Assembly: GCA_023145835.1 (NCBI GenBank)
Contig: JAGLDH010000019.1
Span: forward strand, 1-64,000
Reading direction: 5' to 3'
Length of the DNA stretch: 64,000 nucleotides
From: Methylococcales bacterium
GTDB taxonomy: Bacteria > Pseudomonadota > Gammaproteobacteria > Methylococcales > Methylomonadaceae
Both the position numbers and the translations under genes were made by a program. The notes below the pieces were generated by a model. The model saw nothing but the letters and a program-made list of their open reading frames with translations, did not search any database and was not told where the DNA came from. This document shows positions 21,750 through 32,023 of this stretch, in pieces (the first letter of the stretch is position 1; the number at the start of each line of letters is the position of its first letter).

Positions 21750-22112
21750 ATGAAAAAATCAAACAAAACACCTATTGCAATTGCTGTAGGCAGTACATTG
21801 TTAGCTGGTTTATCATCAACAGCTGTACAAGCTGATGCTAACCCAAACTTAGGAGAAGCTAACCCTTTTAAAATATCTGAGCTATCTACGGGCTATATGC
21901 AAACAGCAGAAGCTGACACAGAAAAAGAAAAGTCTAAAGAAATGAAAGACGGTTCTTGTGGAGAAGGAAAGTGCGGCGGCGCAATGCAGAAAGGTTCTGA
22001 AGAAAAAACTGCTGAAGGCAAGTGCGCAGGAAATAAACCGATGCCTTCACAGAAAAAAGCAGACAAAGAAGGCAAGTGCGGTGAAGGGAAGTGCGGCGAA
22101 AAACCAATGTAA
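21750..22112 (+). CDS. secreted Cys-rich EGKCG-repeat peptide, HvfA/bufferin-like putative RiPP metallophore precursor (orphan)
   Basis: Sec signal 'MKKSNKTPIAIAVGSTLLAGLSSTAVQA'; 'ANPFKISELSTGYMQ' N-region; repeats 'DGSCGEGKCGG', 'AEGKCAG', 'KEGKCGEGKCGE' (8 Cys, all in K/E-C-G context); Lys/Glu-rich; 120 aa. Confidence 0.55.
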   Translation: MKKSNKTPIAIAVGSTLLAGLSSTAVQADANPNLGEANPFKISELSTGYMQTAEADTEKEKSKEMKDGSCGEGKCGGAMQKGSEEKTAEGKCAGNKPMPSQKKADKEGKCGEGKCGEKPM

Positions 22113-22198
22113 TAAGTGGGCAAGGAGTAAGCATATTATGCTTACTCCTTTCTTATTAAACCCAATGATTTCCTCTATCATTATGGCTCATCATTCAT

Positions 22199-22735
22199 AT
22201 GAATATATTACTTAGAAATTGGTCTTTAGCTTTTTTATACCTATTTTTATCTGCTTGTTCAAGCTTACCCAGCCCGATGAGAAACCTTCCATACACAAAT
22301 ATTGATTTTAAAGAGGTCAAAACAAATAGCGCCTCATTTCAAAACAAGCCTTTTCGTTGGGGAGGTAAAATAATAGCTGTAACAAATGAAGAAAGTTCAA
22401 GTCAGGCACAACTGTTATATTATCCTCTTAATCGCTATGGCAGGCTTAAGACAAATAAAGAAGCACAAGGACGATTTGCTATCACCAGAACTCAATTATT
22501 AGATCCAGCTATTTACAAAGAAGGAACTGAAGTAACTGTCACCGGTATTTTAACTGGCGAAATAAAACAAAAGGTAGGAAAAAAGACCTTAACGCTTCCA
22601 TTATTAAAGATAAATCACATCCATATCTGGCCTAAGTACCAACGAATTGATGATAGGTTTTACTACTATCCATACTCCCCTTACAGTGCTTTTCCCTACT
22701 ATCGACACGACTTTTACTACCATGGCGGATTTTAA
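22199..22735 (+). CDS. slp: Slp family outer-membrane lipoprotein
   Basis: Lipobox 'LSACSS'; 'FRWGGKIIAVTN...GRFAITRTQLLDP' aligns with E. coli Slp; Tyr/Pro-rich tail. Confidence 0.75.
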   Translation: MNILLRNWSLAFLYLFLSACSSLPSPMRNLPYTNIDFKEVKTNSASFQNKPFRWGGKIIAVTNEESSSQAQLLYYPLNRYGRLKTNKEAQGRFAITRTQLLDPAIYKEGTEVTVTGILTGEIKQKVGKKTLTLPLLKINHIHIWPKYQRIDDRFYYYPYSPYSAFPYYRHDFYYHGGF

Positions 22736-22767
22736 AACATTCTTATGCGCACCACCTCTATTAATTC

Positions 22768-24078
22768 TTAAACTAAATGACCCCACAAATCGTATTCATC
22801 CGCTTCTTCTAATTGAACATCAACAAAATCACCTACTTTTAAGTGTGTTGCACCATCAATAAAGACCTGCCCATCAATTTCTGGTGCATCGGCTTTACTT
22901 CGGGCGACAGCGCCTTCTTCAACAACTTCATCAATTAATACTGTTTCTATTTTACCCACTCGTTTATGCAATCTAGTGCTACTTATCTCTGCTTGATGTG
23001 CCATAAACCGAGCTAAACGCTCTTGTTTTACCTCTTCAGATATCGCATCAGGCAATTCATTTGCTGCTGCTCCCTTTACAGGAGAATAGGCAAAGCAGCC
23101 GACTCTATCTAATTGGGCTTCTGTTAAAAACTGCAGTAACTCTTCAAATTCTTGTTCTGTTTCACCAGGAAAGCCAGTGATAAACGTACTTCTTAAGGTA
23201 ATATCTGGACAAATTTCTCTCCAAGCTTGAATACGTTCTAAATTATTTTCAGCTGCTGCCGGCCTTTTCATTAACTTAAGAATTCGACTATTTGCATGCT
23301 GAAAAGGAATATCCAAATAGGGTAATACCTTCCCTTCTGCCATTAAAGGAATTACGTTATCAACATGTGGATATGGATACACATAATGCATTCTTATCCA
23401 AATGCCTAAATCACCTAGTGCTTTAGCTAAATCATAAAATCGTGTACTAATAGCCTGCCCTTTCCAATCGCGTACTTGGTACTTTAAATCTAAACCATAA
23501 GCACTGGTATCCTGAGAGACAACAAGTAACTCCTTTACTCCCGCATTAACTAAATGCTCTGCCTCAATAAGAACATTATCAACAGGCTGACTTACTAAAT
23601 CACCCCGCATAGAAGGGATAATACAAAAACTACAACGATGATTACACCCTTCCGATATTTTTAAATACGCGTAATGTTTAGGTGTTAATTTAATTCCTTG
23701 TGGCGGCACTAAATCAGTAAAAGGATTATGAGGTGGAGGCAAATGTGTATGAACAGCTGATACCACCTCATCAGCTGCATGCGCCCCTGTAATACTTAAT
23801 ACTTGTGGATGCCTCTCTCTAATCTCATCTTCTCTTGCTCCCAAGCACCCCGTAACAATCACTTTACCATTTTCTGCCAAGGCCTCACCAATACTATCTA
23901 AAGATTCTTCTACCGCTGCATCAATAAAACCACAGGTATTAACCACAACCAGATCAGCATCTTGGTACGTAGAAGAAACCTGATACCCTTCTGTCCGTAA
24001 CTTAGTGATAATTTGTTCGCTATCAACTAATGCTTTCGGACAACCTAAACTTATAAATCCTACACGAGGGTTACTCAT
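22768..24078 (-). CDS. rimO: ribosomal protein S12 methylthiotransferase
   Basis: '[16 protein letters not shown]' MTTase N-domain, radical-SAM 'CNHRCSFC', TRAM C-terminus; 436 aa. Confidence 0.9.
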   Translation of the reverse strand: MSNPRVGFISLGCPKALVDSEQIITKLRTEGYQVSSTYQDADLVVVNTCGFIDAAVEESLDSIGEALAENGKVIVTGCLGAREDEIRERHPQVLSITGAHAADEVVSAVHTHLPPPHNPFTDLVPPQGIKLTPKHYAYLKISEGCNHRCSFCIIPSMRGDLVSQPVDNVLIEAEHLVNAGVKELLVVSQDTSAYGLDLKYQVRDWKGQAISTRFYDLAKALGDLGIWIRMHYVYPYPHVDNVIPLMAEGKVLPYLDIPFQHANSRILKLMKRPAAAENNLERIQAWREICPDITLRSTFITGFPGETEQEFEELLQFLTEAQLDRVGCFAYSPVKGAAANELPDAISEEVKQERLARFMAHQAEISSTRLHKRVGKIETVLIDEVVEEGAVARSKADAPEIDGQVFIDGATHLKVGDFVDVQLEEADEYDLWGHLV

Positions 24079-24132
24079 TACAAAATCTCATTTATTATTA
24101 ATGACAACAACTATATCTAACTCTATCTATTT

Positions 24133-25107
24133 CTAAGGCACATTAGCTATAATAATAGCGCGCTTAGGTGCCGGCAAACCTTCACAAGTAAGGGCAGGGT
24201 TTTCTTGATCTAAAAAATTTGCTAACGAATGAAACTGCATCCACTCTGTTGACCGTTGCTCTTCTATTGTTGTTGTTGTCACATCAATAACACGACACTT
24301 TTTAAATCCACAACGCTCCATCCAGCTTATCAGTGTTTCACAACTAGGTAAAAACCAGACATTACGCATTTTTGCATAACGCTCATCGGGTAGTAAAACC
24401 TCTCCATTTTTCCCATCAATCACTAAGGTTTCTAGAATCAATTCTCCACCTGATTGCAAGCAGCCTTTTAATTCGAGTAAATGGTCAATTGGGGATCGCC
24501 TGTGATATAACACTCCCATTGAAAAAACAGTATCAAAGACCTTAATTTCTTCTGGTATATCTTCTAATCCCATTGGCAATACATAAACAGGAGCCTCACC
24601 CATTAATTTACGAATTACATGAAACTGGATAACGTTAAGAAGTAGTGGATCAACTCCCACGACCATTCGAGCACCTTCACCTAGCATACGCCAACAATGA
24701 TACCCATTGCCACATCCAACATCGAGTACCAATCTGTTTTTCAGAGGACTTATATGACCTTTGAGACGATCCCATTTCCAATCTGACCGCCATTCAGTAT
24801 CAATCTGAATACCAAAAATGTCATATGGCCCTTTGCGCCATGGATGAAAAACTTTCAACTGCTCTATTAATTTATATCGTTGCTTTTGATTTAAATTACC
24901 TTTTTCACCAATTTTGATTGCCCCTATATTTAAGCCACTAATTAACAGCTCGACATCAGGTAATTCTTCAATTACTTCTAACCAATCAGCGGTACTACCA
25001 TGAGATTTTAAATCAAATGCTTTTTCTAAATATTGTGGTATTAAGTTAACCCACTCATCAGCTTTTAAATCTATTAATGTTTGGTATAAAGGTTTGTAAT
25101 CAATCAT
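24133..25107 (-). CDS. cmoB: tRNA U34 carboxymethyltransferase
   Basis: 'WRKGPYDIFGIQIDTEWRSDWKWDRL', 'LDVGCGNGYH'; 4-bp overlap with cmoA. Confidence 0.85.
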   Translation of the reverse strand: MIDYKPLYQTLIDLKADEWVNLIPQYLEKAFDLKSHGSTADWLEVIEELPDVELLISGLNIGAIKIGEKGNLNQKQRYKLIEQLKVFHPWRKGPYDIFGIQIDTEWRSDWKWDRLKGHISPLKNRLVLDVGCGNGYHCWRMLGEGARMVVGVDPLLLNVIQFHVIRKLMGEAPVYVLPMGLEDIPEEIKVFDTVFSMGVLYHRRSPIDHLLELKGCLQSGGELILETLVIDGKNGEVLLPDERYAKMRNVWFLPSCETLISWMERCGFKKCRVIDVTTTTIEEQRSTEWMQFHSLANFLDQENPALTCEGLPAPKRAIIIANVP

Positions 25108-25835
25108 TTTAAAGCAATCATTGATGCAAAATTAAAATACTGAAACCAGACTTCTGTACTACTAAATCCAGCGTACTTCAGTCGTTGTTGATGCGTTGTA
25201 AATGTTTCAGCTAATAATACATTTTCTAAAGCAGAGCGTTTTTGGCTGATTTCTAAATCACTATATCCTTGTGATTTTTTAAAAGTATGATGTAAATCTG
25301 TTTGCAATTCTTGTTGCCTAACATCATCAAATTTTAGCTTTTCTGACAAAATCAAAATTCCACCAGGCAACATTCCCTGATAAATTTTTTTCAAAAATAT
25401 TAACCGATCTTCTATAGGAATAAACTGTAATGTAAAATTAAGTACAATGACAGATGCATTATTAATATCTATATCGCGAATATCAGCACACTGCACCTCC
25501 ACATCTATACCCTCACTATTTTGTTCCAAAGACTCATCAAGCTGTAGAATCATTGCCTCTGAATTATCAACAGCAATAATTTTACAATTTGTTATTTTTA
25601 TTTGATATCGCATGGAAAAAGTCGCTGCACCTAAAGAGCACCCGAGATCATAACAAACACTATTCTCTTGAACATACTTTTCAGCTAACAGCCCTACCGC
25701 AGAAATAATAGTTTGATATCCTGGAACGGATCGCTGAATCATATCGGGGAAAACATTAACAACCGACTGATCAAATTCAAATGAATTTACTGTCCCAACT
25801 GGGCTAGAATACAGAGTATCCTTAGTCTTGGACAT
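25104..25835 (-). CDS. cmoA: carboxy-S-adenosyl-L-methionine synthase
   Basis: 'YDLGCSLGAATFSM' SAM-binding; 243 aa; operon with cmoB. Confidence 0.85.
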   Translation of the reverse strand: MSKTKDTLYSSPVGTVNSFEFDQSVVNVFPDMIQRSVPGYQTIISAVGLLAEKYVQENSVCYDLGCSLGAATFSMRYQIKITNCKIIAVDNSEAMILQLDESLEQNSEGIDVEVQCADIRDIDINNASVIVLNFTLQFIPIEDRLIFLKKIYQGMLPGGILILSEKLKFDDVRQQELQTDLHHTFKKSQGYSDLEISQKRSALENVLLAETFTTHQQRLKYAGFSSTEVWFQYFNFASMIALK

Positions 25836-25930
25836 AGCTTTTAAAAATGAAAGGAAAAGATGATATTTTGAAGACTTTCTATTCTTACACCTGAATGAAT
25901 AAAAAGTCAGATAAAATAATTATTGATTAT

Positions 25931-26563
25931 TTAGGATAAAGCAGCACTATTTCTCTTTGCAATATGCTCGATAACGGCATCTAAAGAACCTTTCTTTTTA
26001 AATTCATTTTTTATAGAGGTTCTATAATTTGTCACTAAGCTAACGCCTTCAATCATAATGTCATATGCCTTCCATTCGCCCTTAGTTAATATCATTCTGT
26101 AATTAACAGCTAAAGGTTGTAAGCCAGGTTGTAAAATTTCAGTTTTAACAATTGCTTTTTTTTCACCCTCTTTCAATTTAAGGGGTAAAAACCGCACAGA
26201 CCAATCTTTAAACTCAAAAAAAGCTCGAGAATACGTTCTTACTAACAAGGTATGAAACTCTTTTCTAAATCTCAATTTCTCATCTTTTGTTGCCTTTTTC
26301 CACAACTTACCCAAGACCAATGCAGAAACCCTATTAAAGTCAACATGAGGATTAATAACTTCATCAACAAATTGAGTTGCCTTGGTAAAATCTTTCGTAA
26401 AAGACTCATCCTGAAATTGTACCTTTATTTTATCTGCCATACTTTCAAGAGGCAGCTGGGGTGCAATTAAATCAGCCGATACTGCTTGAGAAACAGGTAG
26501 CAGCCCAAACAAAAAGCTAAAAATAAAAACTAATAACGTTTTTCTAAAATATTGAGTATTCAT
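25931..26563 (-). CDS. mlaC: MlaC/Ttg2D-family phospholipid-binding periplasmic protein (stand-alone)
   Basis: Signal peptide; 'ALVLGKLWKKATKDEKLRFRKEF...EWKAYDIMIEGVSLV' aligns with MlaC; no mlaFEDB adjacent. Confidence 0.7.
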   Translation of the reverse strand: MNTQYFRKTLLVFIFSFLFGLLPVSQAVSADLIAPQLPLESMADKIKVQFQDESFTKDFTKATQFVDEVINPHVDFNRVSALVLGKLWKKATKDEKLRFRKEFHTLLVRTYSRAFFEFKDWSVRFLPLKLKEGEKKAIVKTEILQPGLQPLAVNYRMILTKGEWKAYDIMIEGVSLVTNYRTSIKNEFKKKGSLDAVIEHIAKRNSAALS

Positions 26564-26715
26564 AACAATTTTCTACTTTATTCAAAGAGTTTAATGTTTT
26601 TTTTAAGTAACCTAAACTATAAGTACACTGATACAATTAAATTTGATAAGAACATCTCTATACTTTGTATGTTCCACACGTATAATTATCAAAGATAAAT
26701 ATCAATCAGAAATAA

Positions 26716-27732
<1,017 letters not shown>

Positions 27733-27838
27733 GTTCAAAAGAAATTAAACCCTATTTATAGAACAAACTTTAATCTTATCTATTCCCTAAGCTTAAATAT
27801 TTAATCCTAAACCACAATAAAAAGAAAAGAGACATACC

Positions 27839-28372
27839 ATGCAAGAAGACTACAGCCTCAGTGAAAAAAGAAAATTTCATATTGAAGATGCCATTTTAAT
27901 TTTCCTACTCATTTTATCTGTTACAGGTGTCGCTATCATGGATTACTCGACTGATGACGGCTACGGGTATTGGATTATTATGGTTTTTGTTTTTGCTCTC
28001 TTTGCTATCCTTATTGCTTGGTTACAATCAAAGAGCCAAGACGGTGATTTTATAAAGATTGTCAAAGAACAATCTATGCATTGGTTAATGTCCCTGATAG
28101 TCGTTGGTGGCGCTTTTTTATTACAAAAATCGGGTCAATTAACCGCAGAAACGGCAAGCCTTGTTATTCTTTTACTCCTTTCGCTCGCTACAATGCTAGA
28201 TGGCTTACGAATAGGCTGGCGTTTTTGTCTTGTTGGACTATACCTTGGTAGCTCTTCTATTATTCGTGCTTTTTATGATCCTTTTATATGGATAGATTCT
28301 ATTATTGCCATTACTATTGTCGTATCTGCGTTTTTATGGGAATACTTGATGAATAAACGGAAAGAAGCATGA
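27839..28372 (+). CDS. hypothetical polytopic membrane protein
   Basis: 177 aa, 5 predicted TM helices; ATGA overlap with aroE start. Confidence 0.4.
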   Translation: MQEDYSLSEKRKFHIEDAILIFLLILSVTGVAIMDYSTDDGYGYWIIMVFVFALFAILIAWLQSKSQDGDFIKIVKEQSMHWLMSLIVVGGAFLLQKSGQLTAETASLVILLLLSLATMLDGLRIGWRFCLVGLYLGSSSIIRAFYDPFIWIDSIIAITIVVSAFLWEYLMNKRKEA

Positions 28373-29196
28373 ACACACCCGACCATTACGCAGTATTTGG
28401 CCACCCGATCAATCATAGTAAATCACCCCGTATTCATCGATTATTTGCTGAACAGACTCAGCAAAATATCTCTTATGATGCGCAAGATATACCTCCCGAA
28501 TCATTTAAAAATGCAATCAAATCATTTTTCAGTAGCGGAGGTAAAGGCCTAAACTGTACAGTTCCTTTAAAAGAACTGGCCTGGCAACAAGCTGATAGCT
28601 TGTCTGAGCGAGCACAGCTTAGTAAAGCAGTCAATACATTGGCTTTACAGGGAAATGGGTCAATTTTAGGTGATAATACTGATGGCCTTGGCCTAGTTGC
28701 TGATTTAACAATCAATCATTCCATTACCTTATCAAACAGCCGAATTTTAATACTGGGTGCTGGCGGAGCAAGCAGAGGAATTATTGCTCCTCTAATGGAA
28801 AAATTACCAAAAGAACTCGTTATTGCTAATCGCACTGTAGATAAAGCCATAACCCTGGGCATTGAATTTTCTCAAGTAGGAGACATTACTGGCTGTAGTT
28901 ACGAAGAGACCAAAAACAAACAATTTGACCTTATAATAAATGCAACATCTGCAAGCCTAACAGGCGACCTCCCTCCTTTAGCTGATAATTTACTAGCTCC
29001 AAATGGCTGTTGCTATGATTTAGCCTACGGCAACCTACCCACCGCTTTTGTTAAATGGGGCTTATCTCATGGAGCTGAAAAAAGCCTTGATGGACTAGGA
29101 ATGTTAGTAGAGCAAGCAGCTGAAGCATTTTATATCTGGAGAGGAATACGTCCTGAAACTAGAAAAATTATAGATTTATTAAATTCAGAACGATAA
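28369..29196 (+). CDS. aroE: shikimate dehydrogenase
   Basis: 'YAVFGHPINHSKSPRIH', 'ILGAGGASRG'; 275 aa. Confidence 0.85.
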   Translation: MNTPDHYAVFGHPINHSKSPRIHRLFAEQTQQNISYDAQDIPPESFKNAIKSFFSSGGKGLNCTVPLKELAWQQADSLSERAQLSKAVNTLALQGNGSILGDNTDGLGLVADLTINHSITLSNSRILILGAGGASRGIIAPLMEKLPKELVIANRTVDKAITLGIEFSQVGDITGCSYEETKNKQFDLIINATSASLTGDLPPLADNLLAPNGCCYDLAYGNLPTAFVKWGLSHGAEKSLDGLGMLVEQAAEAFYIWRGIRPETRKIIDLLNSER

Positions 29197-29505
29197 ATAA
29201 TAACTCTTTTTTTCAAATTCTAGACTTGTTTTAATGAAGGGGTTGAAATCACATATCTTAACCAACAACGCGCGATAGCTTAAGGTGTTCTGCAAAGGCT
29301 CATCTAATACGACAAACAATCTCTTCATTGAATTCTTTAGGAAAAAGACCTTGAAGCTTTACACTTTTTTTAGGAAACCTCTGATTAAGTCCAATTATTT
29401 TTAGCTTGCTAAAAACCACCAGTATTTTCCACGCTAAATTATAACCAACTTAATAGAATATAACATATTGAATTAATTGATCATTATTTTTATCAATCAA
29501 CTTAT

Positions 29506-30039
29506 TCAAAGATTCCTTAAGTAATCATCTTTCAAATGAATATAATGCTGATAGGAATACTTTAAAAACTCTTTTTCTGAGTCTTTTAAAGGCCTAACCT
29601 GCTTAGCGGGTGCGCCAACATATAAAAACCCTCCCTCTAATTTCTTACCTGGGGGAACTAAAGCACCCGCGCCTATCATGACATAGTCGTCTAGCACTGC
29701 ATCATCCAAAATGATTGCGCCAATTCCAATTAAACAATAATCACCGATCGTGCATGCGTGTACAACCGCTTTATGTCCAATAGTGACCCCTTTTCCAATG
29801 GTTAATGGATGTCCTTTTTCAGAATAATCACCTGCATGAGAAACATGCAAAACAGAACCATCCTGAACATTTGACCCATTTCCAATACGAATACTCTCCA
29901 CATCGCCTCTAACAACGGCAGTTGGCCAAATAGAAACATCATCACCTATAACGACGTCACCGATAACGACGGCTGTCTCATCAATATAGGTATGTTCACC
30001 TATCACTGGCTGTATATCTTTAAATTTTCTGATCATCAC
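29506..30039 (-). CDS. gamma-carbonic-anhydrase-like hexapeptide-repeat protein (YrdA/PaaY family)
   Basis: Left-handed beta-helix repeats 'VVIGDVVIGDDVSIW', His ligands 'HV..H'; 177 aa. Confidence 0.75.
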   Translation of the reverse strand: MMIRKFKDIQPVIGEHTYIDETAVVIGDVVIGDDVSIWPTAVVRGDVESIRIGNGSNVQDGSVLHVSHAGDYSEKGHPLTIGKGVTIGHKAVVHACTIGDYCLIGIGAIILDDAVLDDYVMIGAGALVPPGKKLEGGFLYVGAPAKQVRPLKDSEKEFLKYSYQHYIHLKDDYLRNL

Positions 30040-30098
30040 AATCTCTCCAAATCTTTACTATAATCATAACAAATAATCTACATTTTACAGAGGTAAGG

Positions 30099-31112
30099 AT
30101 GGCACTACTAGACGGTATAAAGAGACAATTACGATCAGTCATCGAGTGGAAAAACCCTCATGCCAATATTTTACTTTCTCAATGGACAGAAAATGGAGAT
30201 GAAATAAAAAATGCATCAAAACTTATCGTTGGCCCAGGCCAAGGCTGTATTTTTGTTTATGAAGGGAAAGTACAGTCAGTTATTGAAGAAGAGTGTTTGA
30301 TTAATTTAAAAACTGACAACCTTCCTTTCTGGACTACAATCAAAAAATTTATGCAGTTTTTTGAAAGTGAACATAAAGTCAGCATTTATTTTTATAAAAA
30401 AAGCAAAATTCTTGATCAAAAATGGGGGACAACATCTGTCATAAAATATGACGACCCAAAATACAAATTCCCTGTTGGCTTAAAAGCTTACGGTAATTAT
30501 AGTTATCGAATTTACGATCCCTCAGATTTTTTTATTAACGTAGTCGGTAGTCAGACTGACTTTTATATAGATGACTTTAGAGAGACCCTCTCCGCACGTA
30601 TTCTTTCACCAATTAGTGACTACTTAGCCGAGAGTAAGTTTAGTTATGCTGAAATTGATGCAAACAGAGAAGAGATTGCCTACGGTATCTCCATAAAACT
30701 TTCCATCGTTTTTCGTAAACTTGGCTTTGATGTTACCGACTTCAGAATAGAAGGCACAGACTTTGACAAAGATACATTAAAACGCATCAACCGAATTGCA
30801 GACCTAACCGCAGAAGCTCAAGCAGCCAAGGCCGTAGGTTTAGATTATGCAAAGATACAACAATTAGAAGCGATGCGAGAAGCGGCTAAAAATGAAGGGG
30901 GGGGGGCAGGAATTGGTATGGGTATGGGAGCTGGGATTGGATTAGGTCAAAACATGGCTCAAACAATGTTTGAGGCAAATACATCTCAAAGTCAACCAAC
31001 AACTAATGACCCAATCAACAAACTTAAACAATTAAAACAAATGTTTGAATCAGAACTCATCACTGAACAAGAATATTCTGCAAAAAAACAAATTATTTTA
31101 GAGAAAATGTAA
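30099..31112 (+). CDS. SPFH/band-7 (COG4260, 'virion core protein'-like) protein with Gly-rich linker and C-terminal SHOCT domain
   Basis: N-terminal SPFH-like fold region, 'GGGAGIGMGMGAGIGLG' linker, C-terminal 'INKLKQLKQMFESELITEQEYSAKKQIILEKM' (SHOCT-like); tightly coupled to downstream zinc-ribbon gene. Confidence 0.6.
   Translation: MALLDGIKRQLRSVIEWKNPHANILLSQWTENGDEIKNASKLIVGPGQGCIFVYEGKVQSVIEEECLINLKTDNLPFWTTIKKFMQFFESEHKVSIYFYKKSKILDQKWGTTSVIKYDDPKYKFPVGLKAYGNYSYRIYDPSDFFINVVGSQTDFYIDDFRETLSARILSPISDYLAESKFSYAEIDANREEIAYGISIKLSIVFRKLGFDVTDFRIEGTDFDKDTLKRINRIADLTAEAQAAKAVGLDYAKIQQLEAMREAAKNEGGGAGIGMGMGAGIGLGQNMAQTMFEANTSQSQPTTNDPINKLKQLKQMFESELITEQEYSAKKQIILEKM
30897..30906. repeat. 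G10 homopolymer inside the SPFH-SHOCT CDS (potential slipped-strand phase-variation tract)
   Basis: 'gaagggggggggggcagg' read directly; encodes EGGGAG in frame; highly unusual in a ~36% GC genome. Confidence 0.85.
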
Positions 31113-31113
31113 A

Positions 31114-31788
31114 ATGGCCTCTTGTAGAAGTTGCTCTGCTCCTTTACCTTCAAACATCAATCGCTGTCGATATTGCAACATTCGAAATGACGTTGATCTA
31201 CATTCAAAAAACTTGCATAGCATCGCAACTAAAAAATCAAACCTCGAGTGCCCGCACTGCGAAGAAGCACTCCAAACCATCACGCTCAATTTAAAAAAAC
31301 CTTTTTACATTGAGCGCTGTAAAAGTTGTTTTGGTCTATTTTTTGATCCGGGAGAAATTGATATATTATTAGAAAGCTCTGTGTCTAATATCTTCAATAT
31401 AAATTTACCATTGATCACTAACATCAATAAAGATCGGTACAAAAAGAACAAAAAAGTTAAATATATCAAATGTCCTGTATGCCAAATACTCATGAACAGG
31501 GTGAATTTTAGCCACAAAAGTGGGGTTGTGATAGATCATTGTAAAAAACATGGGATTTGGACTGATAATGGTGAAATCACTCATCTAATGGAGTGGAAAA
31601 AAGCAGGTGGCGAACTTTTACACTCTCAAGTAAAAGAAAAAGAAGAAAAAAATCAAAAAAAACAAAAAAAAAGAAGTCCACGCCCATCTCTTGTATATGA
31701 TTCTTATCATTACCCTCAACAATCCAATACAACCGAAACAGACATATTGATAGCAGTTAGTACTCTAATCTATAAGCTTTTCAAATAA
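31114..31788 (+). CDS. multi zinc-ribbon protein (TFIIB-type zinc ribbons), YdjG-like partner of SPFH protein
   Basis: 'CRSCSAPLPSNINRCRYC', 'CPHCEEALQ...IERCKSCFGLFFDPGEID', 'CPVCQILMNRVNFSHKSGVVIDHCKKHGIWTDNGEI' zinc ribbons; Lys-rich region encoded by A7-A9 runs; C-terminal hydrophobic tail. Confidence 0.6.
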   Translation: MASCRSCSAPLPSNINRCRYCNIRNDVDLHSKNLHSIATKKSNLECPHCEEALQTITLNLKKPFYIERCKSCFGLFFDPGEIDILLESSVSNIFNINLPLITNINKDRYKKNKKVKYIKCPVCQILMNRVNFSHKSGVVIDHCKKHGIWTDNGEITHLMEWKKAGGELLHSQVKEKEEKNQKKQKKRSPRPSLVYDSYHYPQQSNTTETDILIAVSTLIYKLFK

Positions 31789-32023
31789 CCTAAAACGCTA
31801 GAGTAACTATCGAAACTCAAATAGCTGAATAAAACAAACTTGTTCAATCTTTTTATAAGCTAATTTTTTCTCATCTGCTATACTTTTTGAAAATACAAAT
31901 ACTAAAAATATCTCTCATATATTTAGCGACTTAAGTTTGAAATTATTCAAATTTTCACTACACTTTTAACAGACCCTCCGCAGCCCTTTATCTTTGTAAA
32001 AATATATATTTCAGGATGTATCT

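Noticed and set aside
21893-22215. Three overlapping ORFs (two minus-strand, one plus-strand) across the EGKCG-repeat gene
   Set aside because: Artefacts of the low-complexity GAA/GGC/AAG-rich repeat, which stays open in several frames; the signal-peptide-bearing plus-strand frame at 21750 is the credible one
29197-29505. 309-bp intergenic region after aroE as possible gene remnant
   Set aside because: Six-frame translation gives only short stop-interrupted fragments with no recognisable motif; treated as terminator/promoter spacer
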